Shown here: positions 10,074 through 20,213 of the stretch, one piece after another
How the letters are laid out: the number at the start of each line of letters is the position of its first letter
Numbering within the stretch: the stretch's first letter is position 1
DNA from: Desulfobacterales bacterium
GTDB lineage: Bacteria > Desulfobacterota > Desulfobacteria > Desulfobacterales > UBA11574
Direction of reading: 5' to 3'
Length of the DNA stretch: 51,934 nucleotides
Assembly: GCA_020345745.1 (NCBI GenBank)
Contig: CP070768.1
Location: 3,347,395 to 3,399,328 of the forward strand
Position numbers and translations under genes: made by a program
Notes under the pieces: model-generated
The model's database searches: none
What the model was told of the DNA's origin: nothing
The model's input: only the letters and a program-made list of their open reading frames with translations

Positions 10074-10236
10074 GCCATAGTTACCGTTTTGTGATATTGT
10101 ATTATGGTATCACAAAAAATAAGGCACTTGATACTTGGAGGTCATTGCAAATACCTAAGGTTTGGGATGATAGAAACTGAATACATCACCGACCGCGTGA
10201 TCGGCAGGCCCCGAACGAGGTAGATGATACAACAAC

Positions 10237-11007
10237 ATGGGATCGACACACTCAACAAGCTGGCGCTACGGAATCCTGGTGCTTTTGATGCTCGGATCAC
10301 TCTTAACTGTGATGAGCCTCGAACCCACCCCCCAAAACCTAGCTTACCACGACTTCGCGGATCAGCGTACATTCCTGGGCGTTCCCAATGCCTTGGATAT
10401 TATCTCGAACCTGCCCTTCCTGTTGGTCGGCATTCTCGGCCTGAGGTACTGCATCCGTGCTGACCTTGGTGCAGGCCGCTTGGCATGGATAGTCCTCTTC
10501 GCTGGCGTCAGCCTGGTCAGTGTAGGATCAGCCTACTACCACTGGGCCCCTAGCAATGGGACACTAGTGTGGGACCGACTTCCCATGACCGTGGGATTCA
10601 TGGGTCTCCTCGCAGCGCTGTTAAGCGAATATGTCAACCACCGGCTACCACGCTGGGCACTGACACCTGCCGTGCTCGTCGGTGTAGCCAGCGTGCTCTA
10701 CTGGCACTGGACCGACGATCTGCGGCCTTACGCATGGGTTCAGTTCTTTCCCCTGCTGACCATTCCCGTCGTAATGGTGCTTTTCCGGCCCCGCTACACC
10801 CACGCCTGGCTGCTGCTCGTCTCGTTAGGGTGGTACGTACTTGCCAAGGTCACGGAGTACTTCAACGTACCAATTTTCGAGCTTACCAAACAAGTGGTTA
10901 GCGGGCATTCCATGAAACACGTCCTAGCAGCTGCCGGCTGTTACAGCATTCTGCTGATGCTCCAAAAGCGGCGGCCCACAAGCGTCGCTGCAGCCAACGC
11001 TGGGTAA
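10237..11007 (+). CDS. Ceramidase-like (CREST superfamily) membrane hydrolase
   Basis: YHDFADQR, SNLPF, GSAYYH, WDRLPM, SGHSMKH metal-binding motifs; visibly GC-richer than its flanks. Confidence 0.88.
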   Translation: MGSTHSTSWRYGILVLLMLGSLLTVMSLEPTPQNLAYHDFADQRTFLGVPNALDIISNLPFLLVGILGLRYCIRADLGAGRLAWIVLFAGVSLVSVGSAYYHWAPSNGTLVWDRLPMTVGFMGLLAALLSEYVNHRLPRWALTPAVLVGVASVLYWHWTDDLRPYAWVQFFPLLTIPVVMVLFRPRYTHAWLLLVSLGWYVLAKVTEYFNVPIFELTKQVVSGHSMKHVLAAAGCYSILLMLQKRRPTSVAAANAG

Positions 11008-11087
11008 CACAATTTGAAGTCCGTGGAAATTGGGGTTCTCAAAACATGCGATCTCTTACCATGATCACATGCTTAACCACCCAAATT

Positions 11088-11150
11088 TTCTGTACATAAA
11101 TCTTTTTTCTTACAAAATTGCAAAAAGGATAAATCTCTCTCAGATTCCCC
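11088..11150 (-). repeat. Partial junction repeat copy C
   Basis: TTTCTTACAAAATTGCAAAAAGG identical to the flank of copy H at ~18826-18848; hairpin decayed. Confidence 0.55.
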
Positions 11151-11301
11151 ATAAATAATCCTCACCAAATTTAAAGTCGGATTTGTTAATATGCTCACAT
11201 TTATAAAATATCCATAGTGTCATTGATTCAATTGACCTATTTTCATTAATGAATTAAGATCGTATAAAAATTTCAATCCAATCTATTCATCAAATAATTA
11301 T

Positions 11302-11742
11302 ATGAAGAAAGCCCTGTCATTATCATTGACATTCCTATTTATTTTCATTTTTCAGATTTCTAATGCAAATGATTCACCCTGCCTTCAATTTTACAATGAA
11401 TTGTCTAAATTGCCTCATACAAGATTGATCTTAAATCCCAATGGATTTGTTTCATTATGGGATGGGAAATCGTTAAACGGATGTGAGGTTATATTTAAAA
11501 GCGATGAATCGATTGTGTCAGGTGGAATCGTTTATCTGAAATTTCAATCTTTCAATAATTGGCAGGGTTGGTCAATTAATGAAAATTTGATAGCAGATGG
11601 ACCTGGATCATCAACAGTTGGCATTGAAAATGATCAAAATAAATGTACTATTCATTGGTCACAACACGCATGGATCGATGAAAAATCAAATGAATATAGA
11701 CAAAGTAAACATATCAAATTGATTATCCAATGCACTTCTTAA
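11302..11742 (+). CDS. Hypothetical secreted protein
   Basis: Signal peptide ending SNA, four Cys, ADGPG motif. Confidence 0.75.
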   Translation: MKKALSLSLTFLFIFIFQISNANDSPCLQFYNELSKLPHTRLILNPNGFVSLWDGKSLNGCEVIFKSDESIVSGGIVYLKFQSFNNWQGWSINENLIADGPGSSTVGIENDQNKCTIHWSQHAWIDEKSNEYRQSKHIKLIIQCTS

Positions 11743-11748
11743 TAAAAT

Positions 11749-11845
11749 CAAAAAGGCAAATCCTCTGAAAAGGACTTGCCCTTTTGAAAAAATAATATCA
11801 CAGAGATTTTAGGCCTCTAATATTTGCACTTTTATAGTAGTTATC
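11749..11845 (-). repeat. Junction repeat copy D
   Basis: AAGGCAAATCCT...AGGACTTGCCCTT hairpin plus 52-bp site 11794-11845. Confidence 0.85.
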
Positions 11846-11960
11846 GGTAGTTTCGCTGAACCTGTGTTTAGTTGGAGGTAACACAGGTTTCAGAATGACA
11901 ATAAACCAAGCGTTATATATAAAGCATCAAATCGATAGCATCAGAGATTAGCGACAGCTA

Positions 11961-11990
11961 TCAGCCGCCCGCTGGAGTGACTTGTTAGGT
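11961..11990 (-). repeat. Integron attC 5'-half remnant
   Basis: Minus strand ACCTAAC-AAGTCACTCCAGCGGGCGGCTGA, 11 nt after the globin stop; fits RYYYAAC plus an L''-like box; no closing GTTRRRY seen. Confidence 0.55.
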
Positions 11991-12001
11991 GGATTCTATT
12001 G

Positions 12002-12388
12002 TCAGACGACAATGTCCTCTCGCGTGCTAGCCACAATCGCTTTAAGCTCTTCCTGCTCCCTCTGAGGCACCCTGAACTTGTCCAGTGTCTGCTGGAAATC
12101 ATCTAAAAAAGCTTCCCACTCAGCAGCAGAAATCAGCAGATGTCGGTGCGAATCAAGCATAGAACGACCGGTATACTTTTGTGGCCCACCTGTTGCCTCG
12201 CAGACCATTTCCGTTACGAGGTATTTGAACCCCGGCGGCGATATCCAATGATGAGCTTTGTCCACTCGCGGGTTTGAATTTAAGCGCGGGTCGACCATGA
12301 TCCGGTTGATGAAGTAATCCACGACGGTCGCGATGCTATATACACCCCCCAGCCGCGCATAAAGACTTGGTTGATTCTGGCTATTCAT
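12002..12388 (-). CDS. glbN: Group I truncated hemoglobin
   Basis: SLYARLGG, TGGPQKYTGRSM..SH; AGGAG RBS. Confidence 0.92.
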   Translation of the reverse strand: MNSQNQPSLYARLGGVYSIATVVDYFINRIMVDPRLNSNPRVDKAHHWISPPGFKYLVTEMVCEATGGPQKYTGRSMLDSHRHLLISAAEWEAFLDDFQQTLDKFRVPQREQEELKAIVASTREDIVV

Positions 12389-12707
12389 GACATGGCTCCT
12401 TGATTTTCTCCATTATTGTTTGTTTAAGATGCCATTGGTAGCGAGACAAACCAATTGTTGATCCCAAGCTATAATTAAGCAATTCATGTATTTTAAGATA
12501 GGTCTGTATTCAGAATACGATACAGGATTTGGCAAAAACCTTACTGATGATCAATGATGGAAAAGGTCAAGAGTAAGTAATATGCAATGTAAATTGAAAA
12601 GGAAAAATACGAAACCTATTGGAAAGAAGGTATATATAAAATCACCAAAGTCAATAAAATTGTATCACATTGTGTTAGAATTAATTAGATGACATATATC
12701 ATCAAAA

Positions 12708-12765
12708 TGAAAAGGGCAAACCCTGTAAAAAAGATTCGCCCTTAATGATAGCGGTATCTCATATG
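12708..12765 (-). repeat. Junction repeat copy E (hairpin plus partial site)
   Basis: AAGGGCAAACC...GATTCGCCCTT then GGTATCTCATAT. Confidence 0.7.
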
Positions 12766-12785
12766 TGTCAAAACCGTGATCCGTA

Positions 12786-15440
12786 TTATTCTTTGTCCAA
12801 AATCCCTCTTATCTTTTGTGACAGATCTATCATACTGAAAGGTTTCTGAATAAAACCATCGCAACCACGTTCCAATATTTCGGTTGCTTGGCCATTGATG
12901 CTGTAGCCGCTGGAAAGAAGCACTTTAATTTGAGGATTGATCTCTTTCAGTTTGTCGTATGTTTCTCCACCGCCTATTTCCGGCATAATCATATCCAAAA
13001 TAACCAGGCCTATTTCTTTTTGAGTCTTTTCGTAAATCTCAATCGCTTCTTTTCCACCTCTAGCGATCAGGACCTTGTATTCCATTTTTTCCAACATAGA
13101 CTTCCCAACATCAATCACCATATTTTCATCATCCACCAAAAGAACGGTCTCTTTACCCGTCAACACCTCTTCTGACAATCTCTGCTCATCCATGACCTCT
13201 TTTTCCAAAGCCGGTAGATAAATGTTGAATGTCGACCCTTCACCTTTCTCACTGAAAACGTTTATCATGCCATTATGGTTTTTGATGATTCCATATGCGG
13301 AAGCAAGACCTAAGCCTGTACCTCTGCCCATTTCTCTTGTGGTAAAGAACGGGTCGAATATCCTCTCCTGTATATCTTTATCCATTCCGATGCCGGTATC
13401 AGTAACCGATATTTTTACATATTTTCCTGGCTCTGTGGAATAGGGATTTACATAGTCCGCATCGAGCACAATATTCTCCGTTTCAACGTATAACTCCCCA
13501 CCACCAGGCATTGACTGCCAGGCATTAACAAAAAGATTTAATAGAACCTGTTCAATCTGACTCCGATCCACTTCAGCCGTCCAGATGTCTTTTTGGCTCT
13601 TTCTATGAATTTTAATCTCTTTCTTCGTGCGACCAAACATTTCAGAGCTTTTATTAAGCAGTTGGTTAAGGTCCGTCGGTTTGACCTCATATTTCCCACC
13701 TCTTGCAAAACCGAGAAGCTGCCTTGTAAGACTAGACGCACTTCCCACATAATCCTCTATACCTTTTAGATGTTCATAAAAGGGATGGTAAGAATCGGCA
13801 TCCATCAGCATCAAAGATATCCGCCCTTGGATACCCATGAGCAAGTTATTAAAGTCATGGGCAATCCCTCCGGCCAAGGTGCCAACGGATTCCATCTTTT
13901 GGGCTTGGAGAAGTTGTTCTTCCATCCTCAGCCTTTCGGTAACGTCTAAAGCTATTGCGACGAAAACGGGCGTTAATTCAAATGTCACAAACTGAAGATG
14001 CACCTCGACATGATATAGAGATCCATCTTTCCGCTTATGAACTGTATTAAAAAGGATAACATTTCTTTCACCTGTTCGAAGTGGTTCAATGAAATTTAAA
14101 AATGAATTTAGAGTGAACTCAGTCTTAATATCTAAAGGAGTCAACCTCTGGAGCTCTTCCATTGAGTATCCCAAGTTATTTCTGGCACCCTTGTTCACCT
14201 GTATGAATTTGAGAGTATCAGCGTTAAAAACATAGATTTCGTTCAAAGATCGCTCAAGTATGTGTCCAAAACGTGTCGCTTTCCCTTCGAAACGCTCACG
14301 TTCAGAGACTTCCTTTGCTAATTGTTGGTTGATTCGAGCTTCTTGAATAATTTTTCTTTCAATTTCTGCAGTATACTTCAATCTTTTAAACAGGTAGAAA
14401 GCCAATGTAGCAGTCAATAACAACGATCCAAATAGGATTATCCACGCATACCAGTGTTGGTGAGAACCGGGATAGGATGAAGTTGGCCTTAACAGAATTT
14501 TCCAATGACGCCCCGCGAATTCAAAGTTATTACTCCAGTGAAGATCTCTCTCAATGACCTTTTCCTCCATTGGTTGAGCAGCCATTTTTGACGTATGTGA
14601 TGGGCGAAAGTAAAGGAACCGTTTTTCTTCTTCACCGGATACATCGTAAAGGAATACCTCAATCCCTTCATCAGTGAAACTATCCAGTGCGGTTTCTACG
14701 ACATCGCCAATGCGGATGACTTCCACCACAACTCCTTTGCGGGATTTGTGACGCTCTTCCAAAGTTTTCAAGCTAACGCCTTGGTGATAAATGGGGTGGA
14801 GGATCAAGACGCCGAACTGGTTGCCGGTTTCCTGAACTAATTTGATCCTGCCAGTGACGACCGATTTTCCTGAATTGAAAGCATGTCTAATGGCTTGCAA
14901 TCGTGTTGGGTTTGAAGCAATGTCATAACCCAGGGCTGGTGCGTTCGTCTCCAGGGGATCTATATAATAAACCACAACATATTCTCGACGCTGTGCAGCC
15001 CTGGTAAGCTCCCCTTTTTCAGTCCTTTCCGTGAACTTGAAATTTTTTACCCCTTCCTTTCTAGCCAGTGACTCATAGACGGCACGCTCATTATCCATTA
15101 CAAGAGGATTCCATGAAAACGCCTGGATACCTGGGTAGCGAGACAGGGTACTCTTTGCAAAACTGGAAAACTCCTGACGGGTCACATGCTCGGAATTATT
15201 AAAAAAGTCTCCAAGGAACTCGAGCGCTTCCACATACTGCTGCAAACTGTTTTGCACCGCATTTGCGTAACCCTTTGAGAATGATTCGAATTCTATATGT
15301 TGATTCGTCCGTTCCCAATTATTGACAACGAAAAATAGAATAAAAGATATCACGATCCCTATGCCAGCTGTACAAATAACGGTAAGATAGCTTCGAAGGG
15401 GAATCGTTTTGTGCTTTGCTAAATTATTCTCGCTGTTCAT
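12786..15440 (-). CDS. Hybrid sensor histidine kinase (TM-CHASE-TM-PAS-HisKA-HATPase-REC)
   Basis: PALGYD (CHASE), [11 protein letters not shown]-box, NA/DTG.GM/FDPFFTT/GTGLGL boxes, receiver LLVDDE...LDMIMP...FIQKPF. Confidence 0.95.
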   Translation of the reverse strand: MNSENNLAKHKTIPLRSYLTVICTAGIGIVISFILFFVVNNWERTNQHIEFESFSKGYANAVQNSLQQYVEALEFLGDFFNNSEHVTRQEFSSFAKSTLSRYPGIQAFSWNPLVMDNERAVYESLARKEGVKNFKFTERTEKGELTRAAQRREYVVVYYIDPLETNAPALGYDIASNPTRLQAIRHAFNSGKSVVTGRIKLVQETGNQFGVLILHPIYHQGVSLKTLEERHKSRKGVVVEVIRIGDVVETALDSFTDEGIEVFLYDVSGEEEKRFLYFRPSHTSKMAAQPMEEKVIERDLHWSNNFEFAGRHWKILLRPTSSYPGSHQHWYAWIILFGSLLLTATLAFYLFKRLKYTAEIERKIIQEARINQQLAKEVSERERFEGKATRFGHILERSLNEIYVFNADTLKFIQVNKGARNNLGYSMEELQRLTPLDIKTEFTLNSFLNFIEPLRTGERNVILFNTVHKRKDGSLYHVEVHLQFVTFELTPVFVAIALDVTERLRMEEQLLQAQKMESVGTLAGGIAHDFNNLLMGIQGRISLMLMDADSYHPFYEHLKGIEDYVGSASSLTRQLLGFARGGKYEVKPTDLNQLLNKSSEMFGRTKKEIKIHRKSQKDIWTAEVDRSQIEQVLLNLFVNAWQSMPGGGELYVETENIVLDADYVNPYSTEPGKYVKISVTDTGIGMDKDIQERIFDPFFTTREMGRGTGLGLASAYGIIKNHNGMINVFSEKGEGSTFNIYLPALEKEVMDEQRLSEEVLTGKETVLLVDDENMVIDVGKSMLEKMEYKVLIARGGKEAIEIYEKTQKEIGLVILDMIMPEIGGGETYDKLKEINPQIKVLLSSGYSINGQATEILERGCDGFIQKPFSMIDLSQKIRGILDKE

Positions 15441-15829
15441 TTTGGTCCTATAGTCTTTTCATAAACTCAACTTGGGTATAAGTCTAATTAATGGATGTCG
15501 ACAGTTTTCAAAGATGATTTTGAACAAAAGTGGCTATACAAAATAATATAATCTGCCCTATCATCGATTTTAATAATGATCTCGGCTAATCACCTAAGGC
15601 TACGATTGCGGCACATACACAAATATCTTACCATGACTTGATATCTGTTAAATTTACAGATATCAAATTCGGACTGTAAATATCAATTCCAGATCGTTTT
15701 TCAGATATCTATTCCTTACATCAGGTATGGTGTTATCTATGATATATTGAGAGTATATCTCAAGATAATCGGACCTGTCAAAACCTTTGATTTCTTGCCA
15801 GTATAGCAGATTGAACCAACTCTAACTAT

Positions 15830-15905
15830 TTTGCATATATCTTATTTCTTGCATAAATGCAAAAAGGGCAAACCCCCGAAAAATGGATCTGCCCTTATGA
15901 TATCC
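15830..15905 (-). repeat. Junction repeat copy F (flank + hairpin + TGATATC)
   Basis: TTTGCATATATC..ATTTCTT.CA.AA.TGCAAAAAGGGCAAA shared with copy H. Confidence 0.75.
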
Positions 15906-16050
15906 GAAAAAAAGATGTGCTTAAAATTATATCGAGTTTTGATCAACAGCTATCCGCAAGCGTTGTCGATTCATTATTTAGGCAGTACAGTTCAATTTTG
16001 GTAGTCAGCAGATAATATATTAGACGAAATATTTACCATAATAGTATCTA

Positions 16051-17064
16051 TTAGTTAAATGATACGATAGCATCCACTCTTTTTATTGGTTTTAACTTAA
16101 AATATCTGTAACGGTCGCCAGAGTGGATTATTATTTCACGGATTTGGATCTCTTGGAGAATATTTAGAGGAACTTCAATGCCCGCATTCCCAAGGGCCCA
16201 AACTTTGCGGTAAAAATCAGCGAGTCCTTTCACCGGTTTTCCTTTTACTGTTAAAACGACATCGCCGTTCTTGATGCCAGCTTTTTCAGCAGGGCCGTCG
16301 GGTGTTGTACGGATGACGATAACGCGTCCATGTACTTCCTCTGCATGTAACCCGAGCCAGGGTTCTGACGGCGCACGAGTACGGCCAAAGGTCTTCAGAT
16401 CATTGAGAATCGGTTTTAGGAGATCTATGGGGACAAACATGTTGCAGGGAATTGACCCCATTCCCTGCACAGTTATCTGTGTAAATAGAGACCCAATACC
16501 CAATAACCTTCCATCTGGTCCAATCAGAGCAGCGCCACCGAAGTTGCTAATCGGCGGAACAGTAAATATTGCATTCTCGATAAGGTATTCCCAGTAGCCT
16601 GCAAATGCCCTTTGTGACACGATTCGAGCTGCCTGAATTGCATCCTTTCCACCGTAGCCGACAACAAGTATCGGGGCACCTTCTTTAAGTTCTGATGAAT
16701 TGCCAAGTTGAATAGGTTTAATTCCAACAGGTTTTTGGGCTCGTATCAGACCGAATCCGGTACTATGATCATAGCCCACAACGGTTGCCGAGGTCGATTT
16801 TTCATTCGGTCCAATCATTTCAACGCTTTCAGCTTCTAAAATGAGATAGCCAATTGTAAGGACGTGCCCATCTGAATCAATAACCACACCATGGCCTTCA
16901 CGCTCTTTTCCGAGTATATTGGCAGTACGGGCATCTTCTGGGATAGTTGCCCTAATCTTAACAATTGCCTTTAATATCTCTTCAAAGCCCTGTTGCGCAA
17001 CTGCAGGTAAGGGCAACGTTAACAATACACAACAAAATATTAATTGGGAAAAAAGGATTCTCAT
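16051..17064 (-). CDS. Secreted trypsin-like (S1C/HtrA-like) PDZ protein
   Basis: Signal peptide, G.GVVID.DG.VLT, GRLLGI, C-terminal PDZ (WLGL...GPAEKAGIK.GDVV). Confidence 0.88.
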   Translation of the reverse strand: MRILFSQLIFCCVLLTLPLPAVAQQGFEEILKAIVKIRATIPEDARTANILGKEREGHGVVIDSDGHVLTIGYLILEAESVEMIGPNEKSTSATVVGYDHSTGFGLIRAQKPVGIKPIQLGNSSELKEGAPILVVGYGGKDAIQAARIVSQRAFAGYWEYLIENAIFTVPPISNFGGAALIGPDGRLLGIGSLFTQITVQGMGSIPCNMFVPIDLLKPILNDLKTFGRTRAPSEPWLGLHAEEVHGRVIVIRTTPDGPAEKAGIKNGDVVLTVKGKPVKGLADFYRKVWALGNAGIEVPLNILQEIQIREIIIHSGDRYRYFKLKPIKRVDAIVSFN

Positions 17065-17094
17065 TTAAACCTACCTATACAAATTCTTCCAGAA

Positions 17095-17190
17095 GAAAAG
17101 GGCAAACTCAGGAAAAAAGATTCTCACCATTGAAAAACGATATCACAAATATTTTAGGCCCTTGATATTTTGGCTTTCATAGCAGGTATC
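17095..17190 (-). repeat. Junction repeat copy G
   Basis: 52-bp site 17139-17190 GATATCACAAATATTTTAGGCCCTTGATATTTTGGCTTTCATAGCAGGTATC with a decayed hairpin. Confidence 0.85.
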
Positions 17191-17231
17191 ACAGGTCTTA
17201 AGCTGAAGATTGCAAACCGAAATTGCAACCA

Positions 17232-18182
17232 TTATTCTTGTCTTCCTGAGGCTTCACGAAGAGCCTTGAGAAATCCTGGATGAATCTGATAACCTAAGCT
17301 CATCGCCTTGTGGATATCCACCCAGGCTTTATCATATTCTCCCTTGGAATAATAGGAAGTTCCCCGATTATTATAGGCCCAAGCATACTTCGGGTTTATT
17401 TCTATTGCCCTACTGTAGTCAGAGATGGCTTTGTCATGCTGTCCTTTGAGTCGATAGGCATACCCTCTATAGTTGTAGGCCAAAGCATAATTTTGATTTA
17501 TCTCTATGACTTTGTTGAAATCAGCGATAGACCTTTCAAGCTGGTTTTTGCCAGCATAGATAAGCCCCCGATGGAGGTAGGCATAAACAAACTTTGGGTT
17601 TATCTCTATGGCTTTGCTGTAATCAGAGATAGCTTGGTCGTACTGGCCCTTACCTTTAGCATATGCAAACCCTCTATTGTAGAGGGCCTTAGCATACTTG
17701 GGGTTTATCTCAATTGCCTTGTTGAAATCTGCGATAGCCTTGTCATACTGACCTTGCTTCCCATGGGCATTCCCCCGATTATAGTATGCTTCAGCATATC
17801 TCGGGTTTATTTCTAATTCTTTACTGAACTCAGAGATAGCCTGTTCAAAATTACCTTTGTTGTCATAGGCTATCCCCCGATTGTAATAGGCATTAGTAAG
17901 TTTCGGATCAATACTAATGGCTTTGCTGAAATCAGCTATGGCCTTATCGTACTGGCCTGTGTTGTTGTAGACAAGCCCCCGATTGAAGTAGGCATCAGCA
18001 AGTCTCGGATCAAGACGGATGGCTTGGGTATACTCTTTTATGGCTCGTTGATAGTTGCCTGTTTTATAATAGGAATTTCCTCGATCGAGGTAAGCCTTTT
18101 TTGTTTTTTCAACAGCAATAGTAGCACAGCCAATAATTGTAATCAGAGCCAAAACAAGAATGTATAAAATATATCTTCGCAT
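17232..18182 (-). CDS. TPR-repeat lipoprotein
   Basis: Lipobox IIGC; about 8 repeats of AYYNRG..Y...GQYDKAIADF.KAIEINP. Confidence 0.92.
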   Translation of the reverse strand: MRRYILYILVLALITIIGCATIAVEKTKKAYLDRGNSYYKTGNYQRAIKEYTQAIRLDPRLADAYFNRGLVYNNTGQYDKAIADFSKAISIDPKLTNAYYNRGIAYDNKGNFEQAISEFSKELEINPRYAEAYYNRGNAHGKQGQYDKAIADFNKAIEINPKYAKALYNRGFAYAKGKGQYDQAISDYSKAIEINPKFVYAYLHRGLIYAGKNQLERSIADFNKVIEINQNYALAYNYRGYAYRLKGQHDKAISDYSRAIEINPKYAWAYNNRGTSYYSKGEYDKAWVDIHKAMSLGYQIHPGFLKALREASGRQE

Positions 18183-18243
18183 TATTTCAACTACCTTAAA
18201 AAACTACGTCTTTAAAATTTGAGCATGAGGTCAGAAGATGAAA

Positions 18244-18298
18244 GATATTTCGCTATGGAATTCGCGATAAGATAAAAAGCGAATTTCCATAGAGAATC
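18244..18298. repeat. Symmetric variant of the junction site
   Basis: GATATTTCGCTATGGAATTCGC...GCGAATTTCCATAGAGAATC; both ends resemble the GATATCTGCTATG arm. Confidence 0.45.
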
Positions 18299-18441
18299 AA
18301 TTATAAAGGTCGGTTCTATTAAAATTACTGTAATTTCAATGCTGAATTTCCAAAGCTCAAATGTTGCGATTTATTGCCAAACACACAATGTAAGGCTAAT
18401 TAATGCTAAATACATAACATATAAAGATCACCTTTTGATAC

Positions 18442-18687
18442 TTATAACCTTGGATCGAAATGGCCGGGGCCTCCACATTCTGGGGTATAACAAGTAACGT
18501 TCCGGAAATCGCACTTTTCATTGCATTGTGAGCATGTGTCTGGAGGTATTGAAGCAGTAATGAGGAACCCGCATTTAGAACATTTCCAGAAAGTTTGGTC
18601 GCATTCAGGACAGATATCTTCTTTAAACTTCCCCTCAGCAGTATAACCACAGTGCGCACAGACATATTTTTCTTGCTTATTTTCCAT
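18442..18687 (-). CDS. Tandem rubredoxin-like metal-binding protein (81 aa)
   Basis: YVCAHCGY...CPEC and WKCSKCGF...CSQC plus CYTPECGG tail; GGAGG/AAGGA upstream of MENKQ. Confidence 0.8.
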   Translation of the reverse strand: MENKQEKYVCAHCGYTAEGKFKEDICPECDQTFWKCSKCGFLITASIPPDTCSQCNEKCDFRNVTCYTPECGGPGHFDPRL

Positions 18688-18809
18688 TTTCCTTAACCTC
18701 CTTTTACAATTCACTTTCAATAAATATAAAATTTACAAAATAGCCTTAATCTCTTATGCTCAACCATGTAATACCTTGCCAAAACCACTGGTTTCAGCCA
18801 GTTCTTTTT

Positions 18810-18937
18810 ATTTGCATATATCCCATTTCTTACAAAATTGCAAAAAGGGCAAAACCCTATCGAAGAGCTTGCCCTTTTGAGAAAAATGATATCTCAAATA
18901 ATTTAGCCTCAAAAATCTGTCATCTATAGCAGGATAC
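18810..18937 (-). repeat. Junction repeat copy H
   Basis: CAAAAAGGGCAA...TTGCCCTTTTG hairpin; GATATCTCAAATA...TATAGCAGGATAC. Confidence 0.85.
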
Positions 18938-18940
18938 TTA

Positions 18941-19010
18941 TTGTCTTGTTGAAATAACAATATCAACAAGACAAAGTGTATGTCAACCTTTTTTGTTGAC
19001 TTCAACAAGA
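18941..19010. promoter_or_regulatory. Putative RHH operator array
   Basis: Perfect 12-bp inverted repeat TTGTCTTGTTGA-N10-TCAACAAGACAA, GTCAAC-N7-GTTGAC and a further TCAACAAGA overlapping TTGACT. Confidence 0.65.
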
Positions 19011-19030
19011 ATTCTTTCTAATTATGGAAC

Positions 19031-19186
19031 ATGGATAAAAAAGTTTTCTTCAACACGACGGTTCCCGAAAACCTCATCAAACAGTTCAAAATATTGGCTA
19101 TAGAGCTTGGTAAACGTCAAAATGAATTGTTGGTTGAAGCCATTGAGGACCTTCTGAAAAAGCATAAAAAGAAGGGTAAGAAATAA
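19031..19186 (+). CDS. Ribbon-helix-helix DNA-binding protein (51 aa)
   Basis: MDKKVFFNTTVPENLIKQFKILAIELGKRQNELLVEAIEDLLKKH: alternating beta strand plus two helices; absent from the ORF track. Confidence 0.8.
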   Translation: MDKKVFFNTTVPENLIKQFKILAIELGKRQNELLVEAIEDLLKKHKKKGKK

Positions 19187-19204
19187 CTCTTAACTGAGAT
19201 TGCT

Positions 19205-19648
19205 ATGAAAAAAGTAGATCTATTCATCATTGTTGCATTAACAACCGTTTTTTTGTTTAATGGTGTTGGTCAGACACAACAGTATGAAACTCAAGCAAAC
19301 CGTTTAGAATCCTTTTTGTTCAATTATTGCCAGATATATGAAAGCAAAGATGCAGAAAAACTAGCCAACTTTTTTTCATCCGATGCTACTGAAAATAACA
19401 AGCCATTCAAAGAACTGCAGCCGAAATATCGTAGCAATATGAAAAAATTCAAATCAGTTAACTACCGGATAGATTTAGAGGCATATTCAATAAATACCGA
19501 TACAGGAAATGTTAGGATTAAGGGAAAATATTTCATCCGAATCCTATTGCCTGGTGAACCATGGAAAGAAAATAGAGGCCCTATTTCAATGGAGCTTATT
19601 GAGAGTGGAGACTCTTATTTAATAAAACGACTTAGTTATGGTGAATAA
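19205..19648 (+). CDS. Secreted NTF2/SnoaL-like protein
   Basis: Signal peptide; Y...YESKD...L..FFS.DA.EN pattern; C-terminal LIKRLSY. Confidence 0.7.
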   Translation: MKKVDLFIIVALTTVFLFNGVGQTQQYETQANRLESFLFNYCQIYESKDAEKLANFFSSDATENNKPFKELQPKYRSNMKKFKSVNYRIDLEAYSINTDTGNVRIKGKYFIRILLPGEPWKENRGPISMELIESGDSYLIKRLSYGE

Positions 19649-19724
19649 ACTTCAGTCAAAGAAGGATGATACAAAAGAAAGCCAAAAAATATCCTTCAAC
19701 CAAGAAATCACAATGAACTGATTA

Positions 19725-19760
19725 CAGACCCCACTTTCCGTCATGGAGGTGGGGTTTTGT
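19725..19760 (+). terminator. Intrinsic terminator
   Basis: ACCCCACTTTCC / GGAGGTGGGGT stem plus T tract; followed by a degenerate junction site at 19767-19819. Confidence 0.65.
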
Positions 19761-20213
19761 GTTTATGATATATGCAATAAGTAAGAATAGGCTTCAGCCT
19801 GTGTTAATGGCAAAATATCTTTATGCATGGTATATCTTTTCCATCCCACCAATTCTATCTCGGTGTAGTATAATTTTTTAGATTTGAGCGATCTTATATT
19901 TATGTTTTTTTGTATTGAAATTTCTATGTAATTTTTTTCATAATGTGAATTAAATGTAAGAAATATATTACATTTTTTTCATATTTTCCTGTTTCGATCC
20001 TATTACATTTTAGATAACTGGCTGAAATCTAAGGAAAGGAAATAAATGCTTGATTTCGCACGATTCTTGCATAGAATAGTGGGTGAGTCTTATGTTATAA
20101 TATCAATATTACAGTCGTATTTCATATTTTTCGGCTAGATTGAAAATGGTTCACGGTTAATTTTTTAACTCCACTCGCTTTCCTAAAGTCACCTCCTATT
20201 AATTTCAATTATT

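Noticed and set aside
15860-15900. AAGGGCAAACC...GAAA as a c-di-GMP-I (GEMM) riboswitch
   Set aside because: The GGGCAAA segment pairs with a downstream TGCCCTT as a simple hairpin; no GACGCAAAGC junction or P2 stem follows.
17232-18182. ~102-bp periodic DNA repeats
   Set aside because: Explained by TPR protein repeats.
18808-19008. 66-aa ORF (and 16965-17165)
   Set aside because: Translations of the non-coding junction repeat and operator region.
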